A DNA stretch of 64,000 nucleotides from Octopus vulgaris (Eukaryota): contig OX597832.1 of NCBI GenBank assembly GCA_951406725.2, positions 5,580,001 to 5,644,000 on the forward strand, written 5' to 3'. The translations under genes were made by a program, and so were the position numbers. Positions within the stretch are counted from its first letter, which is position 1, and the number at the start of each line of letters is the position of its first letter. The notes beneath the pieces are model-generated. The model saw only the letters and a list, made by a program, of their open reading frames with translations. It did not search any database and was not told the origin of the DNA. Shown piece after piece: positions 52,582 through 64,000 of this stretch.

Positions 52582-54339
52582 ATTAACATTCAGGAAACAT
52601 CAAATGCCACAATGTGGCAGTATAAGCATAAATTTATAATCCATTTGGAATTTATGACATGGAAAATAGCACAACACTTATGAAACAGAGTATTCAGTAC
52701 AGCAACTGAAAAGTCCTATGAGATGAGCAAAGATTTATGCAACCCAATACTGTTTATGTTCAAACAAGTGACCCACTTGTATCAAATTTTCTTTCAAAAA
52801 GGACATTATTTACAACCAACATTCTCACAAAATTTCAGCAATCTAATATAAAACTTTAAATTGACTTATAACTCAATTTAGCTAAAGAAGCCTCATATTT
52901 AAATATTTCAACCTACTTTGGGGTACTTGAAAACTTTTTAATGAATATCTTCAAAAGCTTAAGGACAATTTATAAAAGAATTAAAGGGGAAAAAATGATA
53001 ATCAAGTTATAAAACAATGGAAATTTACAATAGACTTACTAGTTTTATAAAACGAAGTAAAATATGAAAATATCATTATAACATTCAAATAAGCTTAACA
53101 TAAATATGAGAGATACACTAATCATAAGGCATAGAATATAACAAAATAATTCTAATATTCAGTAATATGCTATCTTAAAGATAGTGTTTTGGCAGTTTTT
53201 TTTGCATATTCTCTACATTCTCTAATGTAACTTACATTTTGGAAGAGCTTTGACAACTATTTTTGGTAGATTAACCAACCATGTAGAGGATCCTATGGTG
53301 GTTGTTTAGTTCCAAATTAGCCCTAATAGAATGGATGTATGATAAAAGGTGTTGCAGATGTGACCACCCAGTCTGTTTGTATATCATGAAATACATCGTC
53401 CAATGTGTCCATTTTTAATTTCATTTATTTATTAGATGCAATGGTAAGTGATTTGACAGGAATCTGGCCACATATAAGCTCCTTCATTGTTTATGCTTGT
53501 TTTAGCTATTTGGCACCAGGCCAGTATTATAAAATATATTTACACGAGAAGACATTTCATCTGCAACCATCCAATCTCTTTCTTAACCACAAAGCCCAGT
53601 GCACCAAAAACTATATCATTCAATGGGTTCTTTTTCCCCAGAACACAGTAAATCCAGAAATGTGGCTGCTATTTAGAGAATGGCGAAAGATGATAAAGAG
53701 GTCCCATCACTGGTTCATGTTATTGGGTAAAAAGAAACCAACACTAGAAAGAGTAAATGCATGTATCTTTTTTTTTTTTTAACACAGATGTGGTTTCCAA
53801 AACATAGCTACTGTAGCTATGTTTGTGTGTATCATTAATCATTCAGTTTGACTACCAAAATAAGACTGCATATTTGATAATGTATAAGTCTGTGCAATTT
53901 TATACATATTCTTTTCTTTTACTTGTTTCAGTCATTTGACTATGGCCACGCTGGAGCACCACCTTGAAGGGTTTTAGTCAAACAAATCAACCCCATGACT
54001 TAAGTTTTAAGCCTAATACTTATTTTATCGAACTCTTTTGCCAAATTGCTATGGTATGGAGACATAAAGGTACCAGCACTAGATGTCAAGTAGTGATGGG
54101 GGAGGAACACAGACACAAACACACATACAATGGGCTTCTTTCAGTTTCTGTCTACCATTATGTGATATCAAGACATGGGCATACACACGCACACAACTTC
54201 CTTTCAGTTTCTGTCTATCATATCCACTCACAAGACTTTGGTCAGTACAGGGTAAGAACAAGAAAATTCAGATGTGTACTTATCCTTGTTTACATTTGTA
54301 TAATATTTCTGTTGTTAGTTTATTTTCATTGTTAATTTT

Positions 54340-55279
54340 ATAGCATTTGAAGATGACCCAAGGTCTGGATGTCCTGCACCTACCACTACTGAAGAAAACA
54401 TTGATCGTGTTCACCACATGGTGATGGATGACAAGCGATTGACTATAAATCAAATAGTCAATGCTATTAGCATATCCTGTAAGAGAGTTGAGAATATTTT
54501 GCACAAAGAACTTGATATGATAATGATTTCTGCTCAGTGAGTGCCATGCCTTCTGACACCTGATGAAAAGTGTAGCATGCTGATCACATCACAGAAAAAT
54601 CTGACATTGTCTGAGGCAGACCCAGCTGGTTTCCTTGAACACTTCTTAACCCAGGATGAGTATTGACTTCATTACTTTGAGCTCGAGATGAAGAGACAAT
54701 CCATGCAGTAGAAACATTTCTCCTTACCTGCTCATTTCATCTGCAGGAAAGGTGATTGCCTTAGTTTTTTTAGGGATGCAAAAGGCATCATGTTTATTGA
54801 CTAACTTCAAAAGAGCCATACCATCAATAGAGAGTACTCAAATTCCTGAGGCAGTTATGAAAAACTATCAAGACTAAACACCCAAAAAAAACTGACGAAA
54901 GAGATCTTGTTTCATCAGGACAATACTCCAGCATACAAGTCCCTGCTTTCATTAGCTACTGTGTGTGACTGTGGCTTTTGACTAGTTGATCACACTTCTC
55001 AATTAGCCCCATCTGACTATCATCTGTTCCCCAACATAGAAAACACTTGGCTGGGAACCAGTATTGCTGTGATGATGATGTTATATATGGTTGATGACCT
55101 TTTGACCAACAGGATGAAAACTTCTTCACCAATGGGATCCAAGCACTGCAACACCGATAGAAGAAGTGTGTGGGCCACAAGGGGGACTATATGTTGTAAA
55201 ATAAACTTCAATGACTAAGATGCTCTCATTCCATGAGAGTATTTTGGTCAGCCTATGAACTTTTCACCCAACCTTCATA
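54340..55279 (+). mobile_element. Second decayed mariner, different subfamily, 5' end missing
   Basis: Remnants EDDPRSG, *VPCLLT, LTQDE, SAGKV, LFHQDNTPAY, LAPSDYHLFP. TIR-like right end AACTTTTCACCCAACCTTCATA; no matching left TIR found. Confidence 0.88.
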
Positions 55280-58227
55280 TATTATATACTGAAATATTCC
55301 TATTTCAACAAAATGATTCAAGAGTAAATCACAAAGCAGCGATGTTGCTCAATATGGAATGCAAATTAATGGAGTAATGAAATAACAATGCAAAGACATG
55401 ATTAGTGTTTAATTTATTTTCTTTTTAACGTAATTGTAGGAAAGAGTAAGTCAGGAATATTGGAAGATTGATTGAAGTGCACAAGCAGATGATTTGCAAA
55501 GGTAAAAATTACTAATTTGTTATGATAATGATACAAAAAATTAGGAAAAGATAAAGTTTTATTGACGGGCAAAGTAGTGGACCAAAGTATCTCAAAAAAA
55601 AAAACTAAGTTACTCTGGGTTGTTTCTATATTTAATTTTTAATCAAATACAAAATAAAATTATTATAAATTAATTTGATTTGTGTATGTACTGTATAAGT
55701 ATGTATACAGCTAAGACTTCATACATATGTAATATGTTTTGCAACCATATATGTTTATGTGTGGGAAGTAGGTTGGTTGGTAGGATGGAAGAATGGATAG
55801 ATTGATAGACAAATATTAGTTGTAGTAAGGTGAAATTGTACTGAGTTCTTAGCCAAGACTTTTGAGTATTTGTAAGGAAGTTCGTGCAAAGCATGTTGCT
55901 ATGGTCTTTTTTGAATCATATTAATAATGTGGAGTAGAAAATTCTGGACCATACAGTTATGGACAGAATGGATTTACTGAAACTCATTATTCTGTATGAG
56001 TGATAAATATTCTATAACTATAATTCAATGGTTATTGTTGTGTAGTGCAAGGTCAACCCTAATGAAGCAGATCTTACGAGCAAAAGCTGTCTAGCTTTGA
56101 CCAGCTACAAAGGTTATCCAGAGTATCCTTTCTGCTTTGTGAATCTAGAGTATAGTTTCAGGGAAAATGTCTATTTCTAGCAGATAAAGTAACTGCATAG
56201 AAGCTTCCTTGTTTATAGAATTACCAGCAGCTCACAACAATAAAGGTAAAAAACCAAATATTACTGAATTATTATGAATTTTCTTAGGAAAGTCATGAGA
56301 GAGTAAATATATCTGGAAAGAAAGGAGTCTGTTTATAAAGATGCACAAGGAATAAAACTGTTAAAACTAAATGAAATACCAGTTACAGGGGTGTAAACAA
56401 ACCAACACCAGAGGTCAAGCAGTGGCAGAACCAATACAAAGACACACATAAAATGAGCTTTAACATTAATTCACACATGTACACACATATATGTGGCAGG
56501 CTTTGACAGTTTCCATCTTCCAAATTTACTCCCAGGGCAATGGTCAGCCTGGGGCTAAAGCAGAAAACATTTATCCAAGGTGCTGCACAGTGGAACTGAA
56601 ACTGAAACCACATGATTGCAAAGTGAGCTTCTTAATCACATACACACACACACCACACACCATCGTTTAACGTCCGTTTCCCATGCTAGCATGGGTTGGA
56701 CGGTTCGACCAGGGTCTGGTAAGCCAGGAGGCTGCACCAGGCTCCAGTCTGATTTGGCAGTGTTTCTACAGCTGGATGCCCTTCCTAACGCCAACCACTC
56801 CGTGAGTGTAGTGGGTGTTTATTACGTGCCACCGGCACAGGTGCCAGAGGAGGCTGGCAAACAGCCACGATCGGTTGGTGCTTTTACAAAAAAATAAACA
56901 AACCAAGGGCATAAGATACTGGACTGTTGGTTTACTTGTGGATTATTTCATTTCATTGACCTAGACAAATCTTTACTCCTCAGTTCATTGAAATGGAGGT
57001 TAAATAGCAAGCTGGAAATTTCACTTGCTGCTGCTTAATATAGCATAATTTGGAGCTAAGAAGTGACTCAAATGAAACAATTAATTTTATGTGGTTAATA
57101 AATGAAGGGAAATGTGCTAAATAACTATTAATTTAGTGGCAGTTTTGTAAAGCATTAGAATAATTTGGTTTTATTAAAGCAGAAATCACACAAATGTTTG
57201 CATGATTATATTGCATTATGCAAGTAAATGCAAAAATGGGAACTAAAATTTAAGTTCAATAAAGAGAGATAGGATTTATGAATCAGAGATAACTGCTGTT
57301 GGTTTGTTTACATCCCTGTAACTTAAAGTTTCGGCATAAAAATTAATAAAATAAGCAGCAGACTTCATTAAAAAATTTTTTTAAAGCACTAGGGGGCAAT
57401 TTGTTGGACTAAACAATTTGAGGTGGTGCCACAACATGGCCACAGTCCAATGACTATAAGAAGTAAAAGATGAAAGAATATTATATCAATCTTACATATT
57501 AAAACTGAAAATGTCTGTGTGTGTATCGGTATGTCCTTGTTTTGCGCCAAAACGGCTCGACCAAGTTTTCTTAAACTTTACACGCACATTGCTTATGTGT
57601 CTGGGGAGGTTTTAAGTATAAACTGATTTTGAAAAAATGGTTAGGTAAACGGTGGAAGGAAAAACATTTGGGGTGAGTGAACCATGAGAGTAAAATTTTT
57701 ATGCAATTAAAATTAAGAACAGTGGTCAAGTTTTAACAGTCATTATAATTACAATATACAACAATTACAAATATAAACAATTACAAATATATACCACCTA
57801 GCTTTAATCATTTCAATTTTTACTCGCTAATTTCTTAACTATGATTAACCTATTACCCCAGACAGGCTCATCTGGTGCATTCTAAATACTACAATTGCCA
57901 TACATTAATAGTTGATAGACTGCACCAGTCACAGGGAACTCATTTTTCCTTTAAATTTTACCTCTCAGCCACTACCTACCAACAGTTGCAACTGATCCAT
58001 ATTTGCACTCATACTACCCAGCTGTAACAAATATCCAGGAGATTTCTCTTTTGCCTTTTACTTGTTCAAGTCATTAAACTGTGGCCACGCTGGAGCACTA
58101 CTTTGAAGGGTTTAAGTTGAACAGATTGCCCCAGTACTTGTTATTTTTTTAGGTCTTGTACCTATTCTATCAGTTCTCAAAGCAGTGCTCCAGAATGGTT
58201 GCAGTCTAATGCAGTAGAATATAAAAG

Positions 58228-58337
58228 ATATCATGTTGAATGCACCAGTTCTCATCCAATCACCAAAGTTAGGCAATATTAAACTGAGTCAGTACTTAGA
58301 TGGGTGACCACTTGGAAAACCTACGTTCTGTGAGCAT
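58228..58337 (+). pseudogene. Decayed 5S rRNA-derived sequence (pseudogene or SINE3 head)
   Basis: ATATCATGTTGAATGCACCAGTTCTCATCCAATCACCAAAGTTAGGC...AGTACTTAGATGGGTGACC is colinear with invertebrate 5S rRNA and shows CpG decay. A partial second copy lies at 27721-27755. Confidence 0.85.
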
Positions 58338-59162
58338 CATCCTATAGATCCTATATGGCTGAGTGGGTAAGACACTTACCTTGCAGTCATGCGGTTTTGA
58401 GTTCAGACTGGTGCTTATTATATTGGTCGCTTTTGCTGAAGCACTAAGTTATTGAGACCTAAATAAATTAATACCAGTGGTCAAGCAGGGGGACAAGCAC
58501 AAAGACACACACATATAATACAGGCTTTCATACAGTTTCCATCAACCAAATTCACTCATAAGGTATTGGTCAGCCTTGGGCTATGAAAGAAGACACTTAC
58601 TCAAGGTGCCATATAGTGGAACTGAACCCAAAACCATATGGTTGCAAAACAAACTTTTTAACATCAGTTATGCTTGCACCTATATAAGTAAAATAAGAAA
58701 TAATGAAGACAGAGAGCTTCTTACTATGCAAAAAGTGAAAGTTATGCAACCTTTATATATTTCAAATGTAAAGGTTCATCGGGCCTTTGCACCTGAAACA
58801 TATAAAAGTTACTTAACTTTCCCTATTTGCATTGCAAGAAGCTCTCTGCCATCATCATTTGTTATTTTACATCAGTATCACAATGCTTCAAGTAAAGTAC
58901 AATGCCCTTCTCATATATATATATAGGATGATGAGCTGGCAGAAGCATTACTGTCAGAAAAAATGCTTAGCAGCATTTCTTCTGACTTTGCATTGTGAGT
59001 TCAAATGCTGCCAGGGTCAACTTTGCCTTTCAGCTTTTCGGGTTTATAAAATAAGTACCAGCAAAACACTGGGGTTGATGTAATTGACTTGTACCATCTC
59101 CAACAATTGCTAGCCTTGTGCCAAAATTTGAAAGCTATATATATATATATATATATATATAT

Positions 59163-59271
59163 GATCTGGGAAGCCAGAAGGCTGCACCAGGCTCCGGTCT
59201 TTTCTGGCAAAGCTGTAGAAACTTTGCCAGAAAAGACCAGAGCCTGGTGCAGCCTTCTGGTTTCCCAGATC
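59163..59271. repeat. Inverted repeat, 50-bp arms (2 mismatches), 9-nt spacer
   Basis: 59163-59212 versus 59222-59271; the right arm belongs to a family C retroposon. Confidence 0.92.
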
Positions 59272-61523
59272 CCCGGTCGAACCGTCCAACCCATGCTAGC
59301 ATGGAGAACGGACGTTAAATGATGATGATGATGAAGAGAGAGAGAGAGAGAGATGCTGGAGAAAGATCAATGAGAAACTTGAGCAAAACTTGTGTCACTA
59401 CTAAATAACGTCAGAACAAATAAAATACAAATCTAATTAATGAGTTTTAACAACAATCATACTTCAGATATTTTATGAATGTAAGTTTCTGCAAGACTCT
59501 GTAACTATCACATAAAGCAAAATATAAACAAAGTAAGAGGAACGGGCAAATTTCTTTTGATCAATGAAACTATGGCAAGCTATTAACACAAACAGACTGC
59601 TCTGTAACAACTTATCTAAGCCATGCTAGATTGGATAAAATGGACTTAGCTAGCAATGTTGTCAATAAGGGTAGAGAATGATAAGGAAGAAGAGGCAGAG
59701 GAAAAATAGTAAATAAATTTTCTGATGGCAAATGATATTCACCATAGCAACACTGCAAAACAATATAAATGCTTTCTAATAATACAATCAGATAAGGTGG
59801 GGAGGGGGTCATGCTTAGTAACTTGCGAGATTGGAATGAGATAATTGGGTGCAGCCGTTTGGATGCTAGCGACTGGACACTGCTGACTGGATGTTCAACC
59901 TGTTTGGTGACAGTACATTTTGTCACTGGATGCAAATACACACACACACACATACATATATAGAGAAATCTACAGAGAGAGAGAAAGATGGGGGAGAGAG
60001 AGACATTACGATTTATTAACTGAACACGATTGACATGTGCTTTCCCTTTCCTCAGATGCATAAAGAGAAATGTGCTCAGAGAGTGGGGAGAGAAAAAGAG
60101 GCCCATTGGAACACCTGATGTTAAATAAGCATTGGATCAGTGATGGCAAATAGACAGGGCCAAATCATCTGTGTCAGAACATCTCATATCCAGGTGAGAT
60201 GGATGGGGTTGATGTTCAGCTTGAACATAAGCAAGAAAGTATGAGTATGAAGAAATAGGGAGGATTTGGGCAGATTATTTCACCACAAAGTGAACCCTGT
60301 TAAAGGCTCCTAAGAACCTTTAGCTGTACACCTTTACTGTTAAGTGGATGCATCATTATTATCACCATTTAACATCCTCTTTTCCATGCTCTGCATGGTT
60401 TGAACAAAGTATACTGAAGCAGATTTTATATGGCACAATGCCAGCATGTTTAGGAGAGAGATTACATCAATCCCAGTGCTTAACTGGTAACTTACTTTAT
60501 CAAACCCCAAAAAGATGAATGATAAAGTGGAATTTTAACTCCGAACATAAAAACATGAAATGCAACTAAGCACTTTGCTCAGCTAACAATTCTGTCAGCT
60601 CACTACCCTCAAACAAAGTAATATTTTCCCATGGCCTGACACTTTTCACAAAAAAGTTTAGAAACAAACTTTGCGTGTATGACGATGATGATGCTCATTT
60701 ACAATTCTAACATCATAAACAAGAGTACACACACACACACACCCACATAATGGGCTTCTTTCTGCTCCTGTTTACCAGATCAACTCACAAGACTTTAGTT
60801 GGTCCAAAGAAGACACATGTCCAAAGTGCCACACAATAGCACTGAACCCAAGACCACATGATTGGGAAGCAAGCTTCTTAACTACACAGTTACACCTGAG
60901 CCTAACTATAAAATACTCTATTATTGAGGTTAGATCAATCTGCAAACTTTAACTTCTTTCCAAAAACACATCCTAAGTTCAACCAAATGAAGATGACAAG
61001 AATCTCTACAGTAACATGAGTGAACCTTTTTTGGAAGGATCAGACTAAGGTTGCTACAACATTGGCGTGATTTTTATTGAAAAGTAGAAAACATTGAAAC
61101 ATTAATCAATCTGATGAACTGCTTCTACAAGACCACCCAGCTTAGTAAAATTTCAAAAAGGAGAATGCTAGAGTAGAGTTCTGCAGAAAAAAACGACCAC
61201 ACCTCATTCATTCATTTAATCTCATTTTTGTTTGTGGTAAATTTTGCCAAATAATAACAACCCCTTTCTACAATAGGCACAAAATGCTGCTAAGCACTTT
61301 GCCTGACATGTTAATGATTTTGACAGCTCACAGCTTTAACAAAAACGACAAAAATAATAATAATCCTTTCTACTATAAACGACCCTGAAAGGACAAAAAG
61401 GCAAAGTTGACCTCAGCAGAATTTGAACTCAGAGCGCAGCAATGGGCAAAATACCGCTAAGCATTTCATCCAATGTGCTAACAATTCTGCCAGCCCGACA
61501 CAATAACAATAATAATAACAATG

Positions 61524-61562
<39 letters not shown>

Positions 61563-64000
61563 ATTATTATTATTAGTGATTTATATTTTCTTTAGTGGTA
61601 TATTTGATTTTACAATTTATCATTGATAACACATCTGCAATGGTGGTACATTGGAGTGTTTTGTTTTGAATTTTTTTTTTAATTCTATTTATAATGGCAT
61701 AAACACCTAAGCTGTTTAACGAATACAGGTGCAATATTGCGGCAATACAAGATGGAGAGTTAGCAATATAACTGAGATGAAATGGCTACAAATGGCTACT
61801 GAAATCAAGTTATAAATTTACTTCATCAAGAACTCACCTCTACTCTATAATGTTAATCTAAAATATTACTTGATGTATTAGCGGCTCAAAATGTTACGTG
61901 ATACATCAGTCCAATGAGTGCATGTCTATGCAGTTACTCAATCTGCTTGAAATAGCAGCCACATATTTCTCACATCACACCTTACTATCTTTAAAAAAAG
62001 ATAAGGATACATTAGAGATAAAGTAGTCCTAGATTGGAATGAAATAAATGGGCACAGCTGTTTGGATGCTGAAGAATTTGGCACAGTTGATTAGACATTC
62101 AGCCTGTTTCGGTGACAGCACATTTTGGCACTGGAGGCAAACAGAGAGAGAGAGAGAGAGAGAATCAAAATGTTTGCTGTCAGATAAGTGAGCGTTGAAT
62201 CAGTGATGCCAAAACAGCTAGGCCAAAACGTCTCATACACACCCTAGACATATCCCTTAAAAGACGAGATGTTCATACCTGAAATCATAGATTTATCATT
62301 CAGGATTGACCAATAATAATAGAAATAGTGATCCATAAATAGAATTAGGAAGAGGTATGCAAAGATATAGCTATAGGTGTGCTAACAGAACTAATTATAA
62401 ATATAGCGAAACATTAACTGACAAAAATTGCATGTTACAAAAACTAAGAGATGAAATCCACAAAAGATTATCTCAAGTTGAGAACACTTTTATTATTGAA
62501 ATCAAACATCTATGAGAGACCTCTGTAAAATGTCAGATCATCAGAAAACAATGTAAAAACATATCCAGTCTATTAGATATATATCAAAGTATGCATAAGT
62601 TCATCAATCAGAGCAACTAACTTCAAACTGTAAACTGCATGAAAGATAATGGTTAAGAATTATTGATATTTACTTAATGAGCTCGTTGTATTTATTTGGC
62701 AATGAGTCCAAAAACAACACTAGAAGAATTTGTAGTCATATCATACAAAATATTTTCTTTTTCTTTTTAATAAAACTACATTAGAAAAACAGAGTTTATA
62801 TTGATCAATAAATCAAAGGTTATTCATGAAATGTTATTATTGCATAACACAATTATTAAAGATTTACTTTAAGAGGGATAATCTTTTATTTTATAGTGGA
62901 CCTTTGCAGGAGGAATTTAAAATAGGCAATAAAAAAAAAGATTTCCTGCTTTATTTTGGTTTCTGTTATTATTTTATTTGTTAATGTAGTTATGTGAGAG
63001 TTAAACATGTGAAGGCAGAACAACAGAATTTTTTTTTCTTTGTGAGTGTGCTTGATAGGACAAACTTACAAGGTATAGTTAAATTTTAAAATTAAGAGTA
63101 ATGTTGCAGATGGAATGATGCAATAAAAAAAATGATAAGTATGCAGATGTCATGCTGAATTAGCCCAGACCAGCTTAAAAGACTACAGATGATTTCATTT
63201 ATAATCTGTCTTGGTTTGAAACTTAAGATGCCTGATTCATCATCATCATTTTAATATCCACTTTTCTATGTTTACATGGGTCTGATGGAATCTGTTGAGG
63301 CAGATTTTTGTACAGCCAGATGCCTTTCCTGTCATCAACCTTTACCTGTTTTCAAGCAAGGTAATATTTCCCCATAACCAGGCATGTTTCTCATAGAAGA
63401 CTAGAAATGAACAGCCTCCATTCGTATGATGATAATGCTCATTTACAAACATTACATGATGTTTAGACAAGGGTACACACACATACACACATGATGGGCT
63501 TCTTTCAGTTTCCATCTACTAAATCCACTCACAAGACTTTGGTCAGCCTGGGGTTATAATCGAAGACACTTGCCCAAGGTTTCATGCAGTGGGAATGCAA
63601 GTTTCTTAACCACACAGCCACACCTGTGCTTCGGAAATACTGGATTTTGACACAAGGCCAGCAATTTTGGAGGAGATGTTGAGGTTGATTACATCAATCC
63701 AAAAGCCTCAGAAATATTCAGAAAAAGAAATCTACTGTAAGCACTAAGCTTTCGCATTTCACTTTTAAGAGTCATGGAATGGAATCTAAATTCCTGCACC
63801 AAGAATTCATTTAGTGGTTTTTCCATAAACCATACAAATGTGACATAACAGAGTTATTAATTGATACAAAAATCTATTATTGTTTTGTTGCCAACATGGA
63901 CTGAACAAGCCTGAAAAATACAAAGAAAGTGAATAACTATTACCACAAGGTCCATCAACCCTTCTCTATAACCTCTCCAGCATCAATATTGTGAGTATGT

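Noticed and set aside
58228-58337. Functional 5S rRNA gene
   Set aside because: 5' end missing, many substitutions, no oligo-T terminator, not in a tandem array.
59612-60106. 164-aa minus-strand ORF
   Set aside because: Crosses CA/GA microsatellites and a repeat also present near 62030; no protein motif.

Overview
AT-rich animal genomic DNA packed with microsatellites and SINEs. The repeat families look cephalopod (Octopus-like); this is an inference from recall, not a database result. The only protein-coding gene I can support is POMGNT1 (protein O-mannose beta-1,2-N-acetylglucosaminyltransferase 1) on the minus strand. Nine coding exons (19535 down to 8; 938 nt) splice in frame and encode the cytoplasmic tail, TM anchor, stem (lectin-like) domain and start of the catalytic domain; the gene runs off the left edge. 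One intron needs a GC donor. The 44 kb upstream (20-64 kb) has no recognisable coding exon and is either a long 5' intron or intergenic. The rest is mobile DNA: two decayed mariners, RTE- and R4/Dong-type LINE fragments, Penelope-like remnants, tRNA- and 5S-derived SINEs, and piggyBac/hAT/Helitron/Helentron-type non-autonomous elements. The most notable non-genic signals are type I hammerhead ribozyme motifs from three different families beside (TA)n tracts, three long fold-back palindromes, and an unexplained structured island near the GC donor. Nearly all ORFs in the supplied track are microsatellite or SINE artefacts. Repeat boundaries are approximate.
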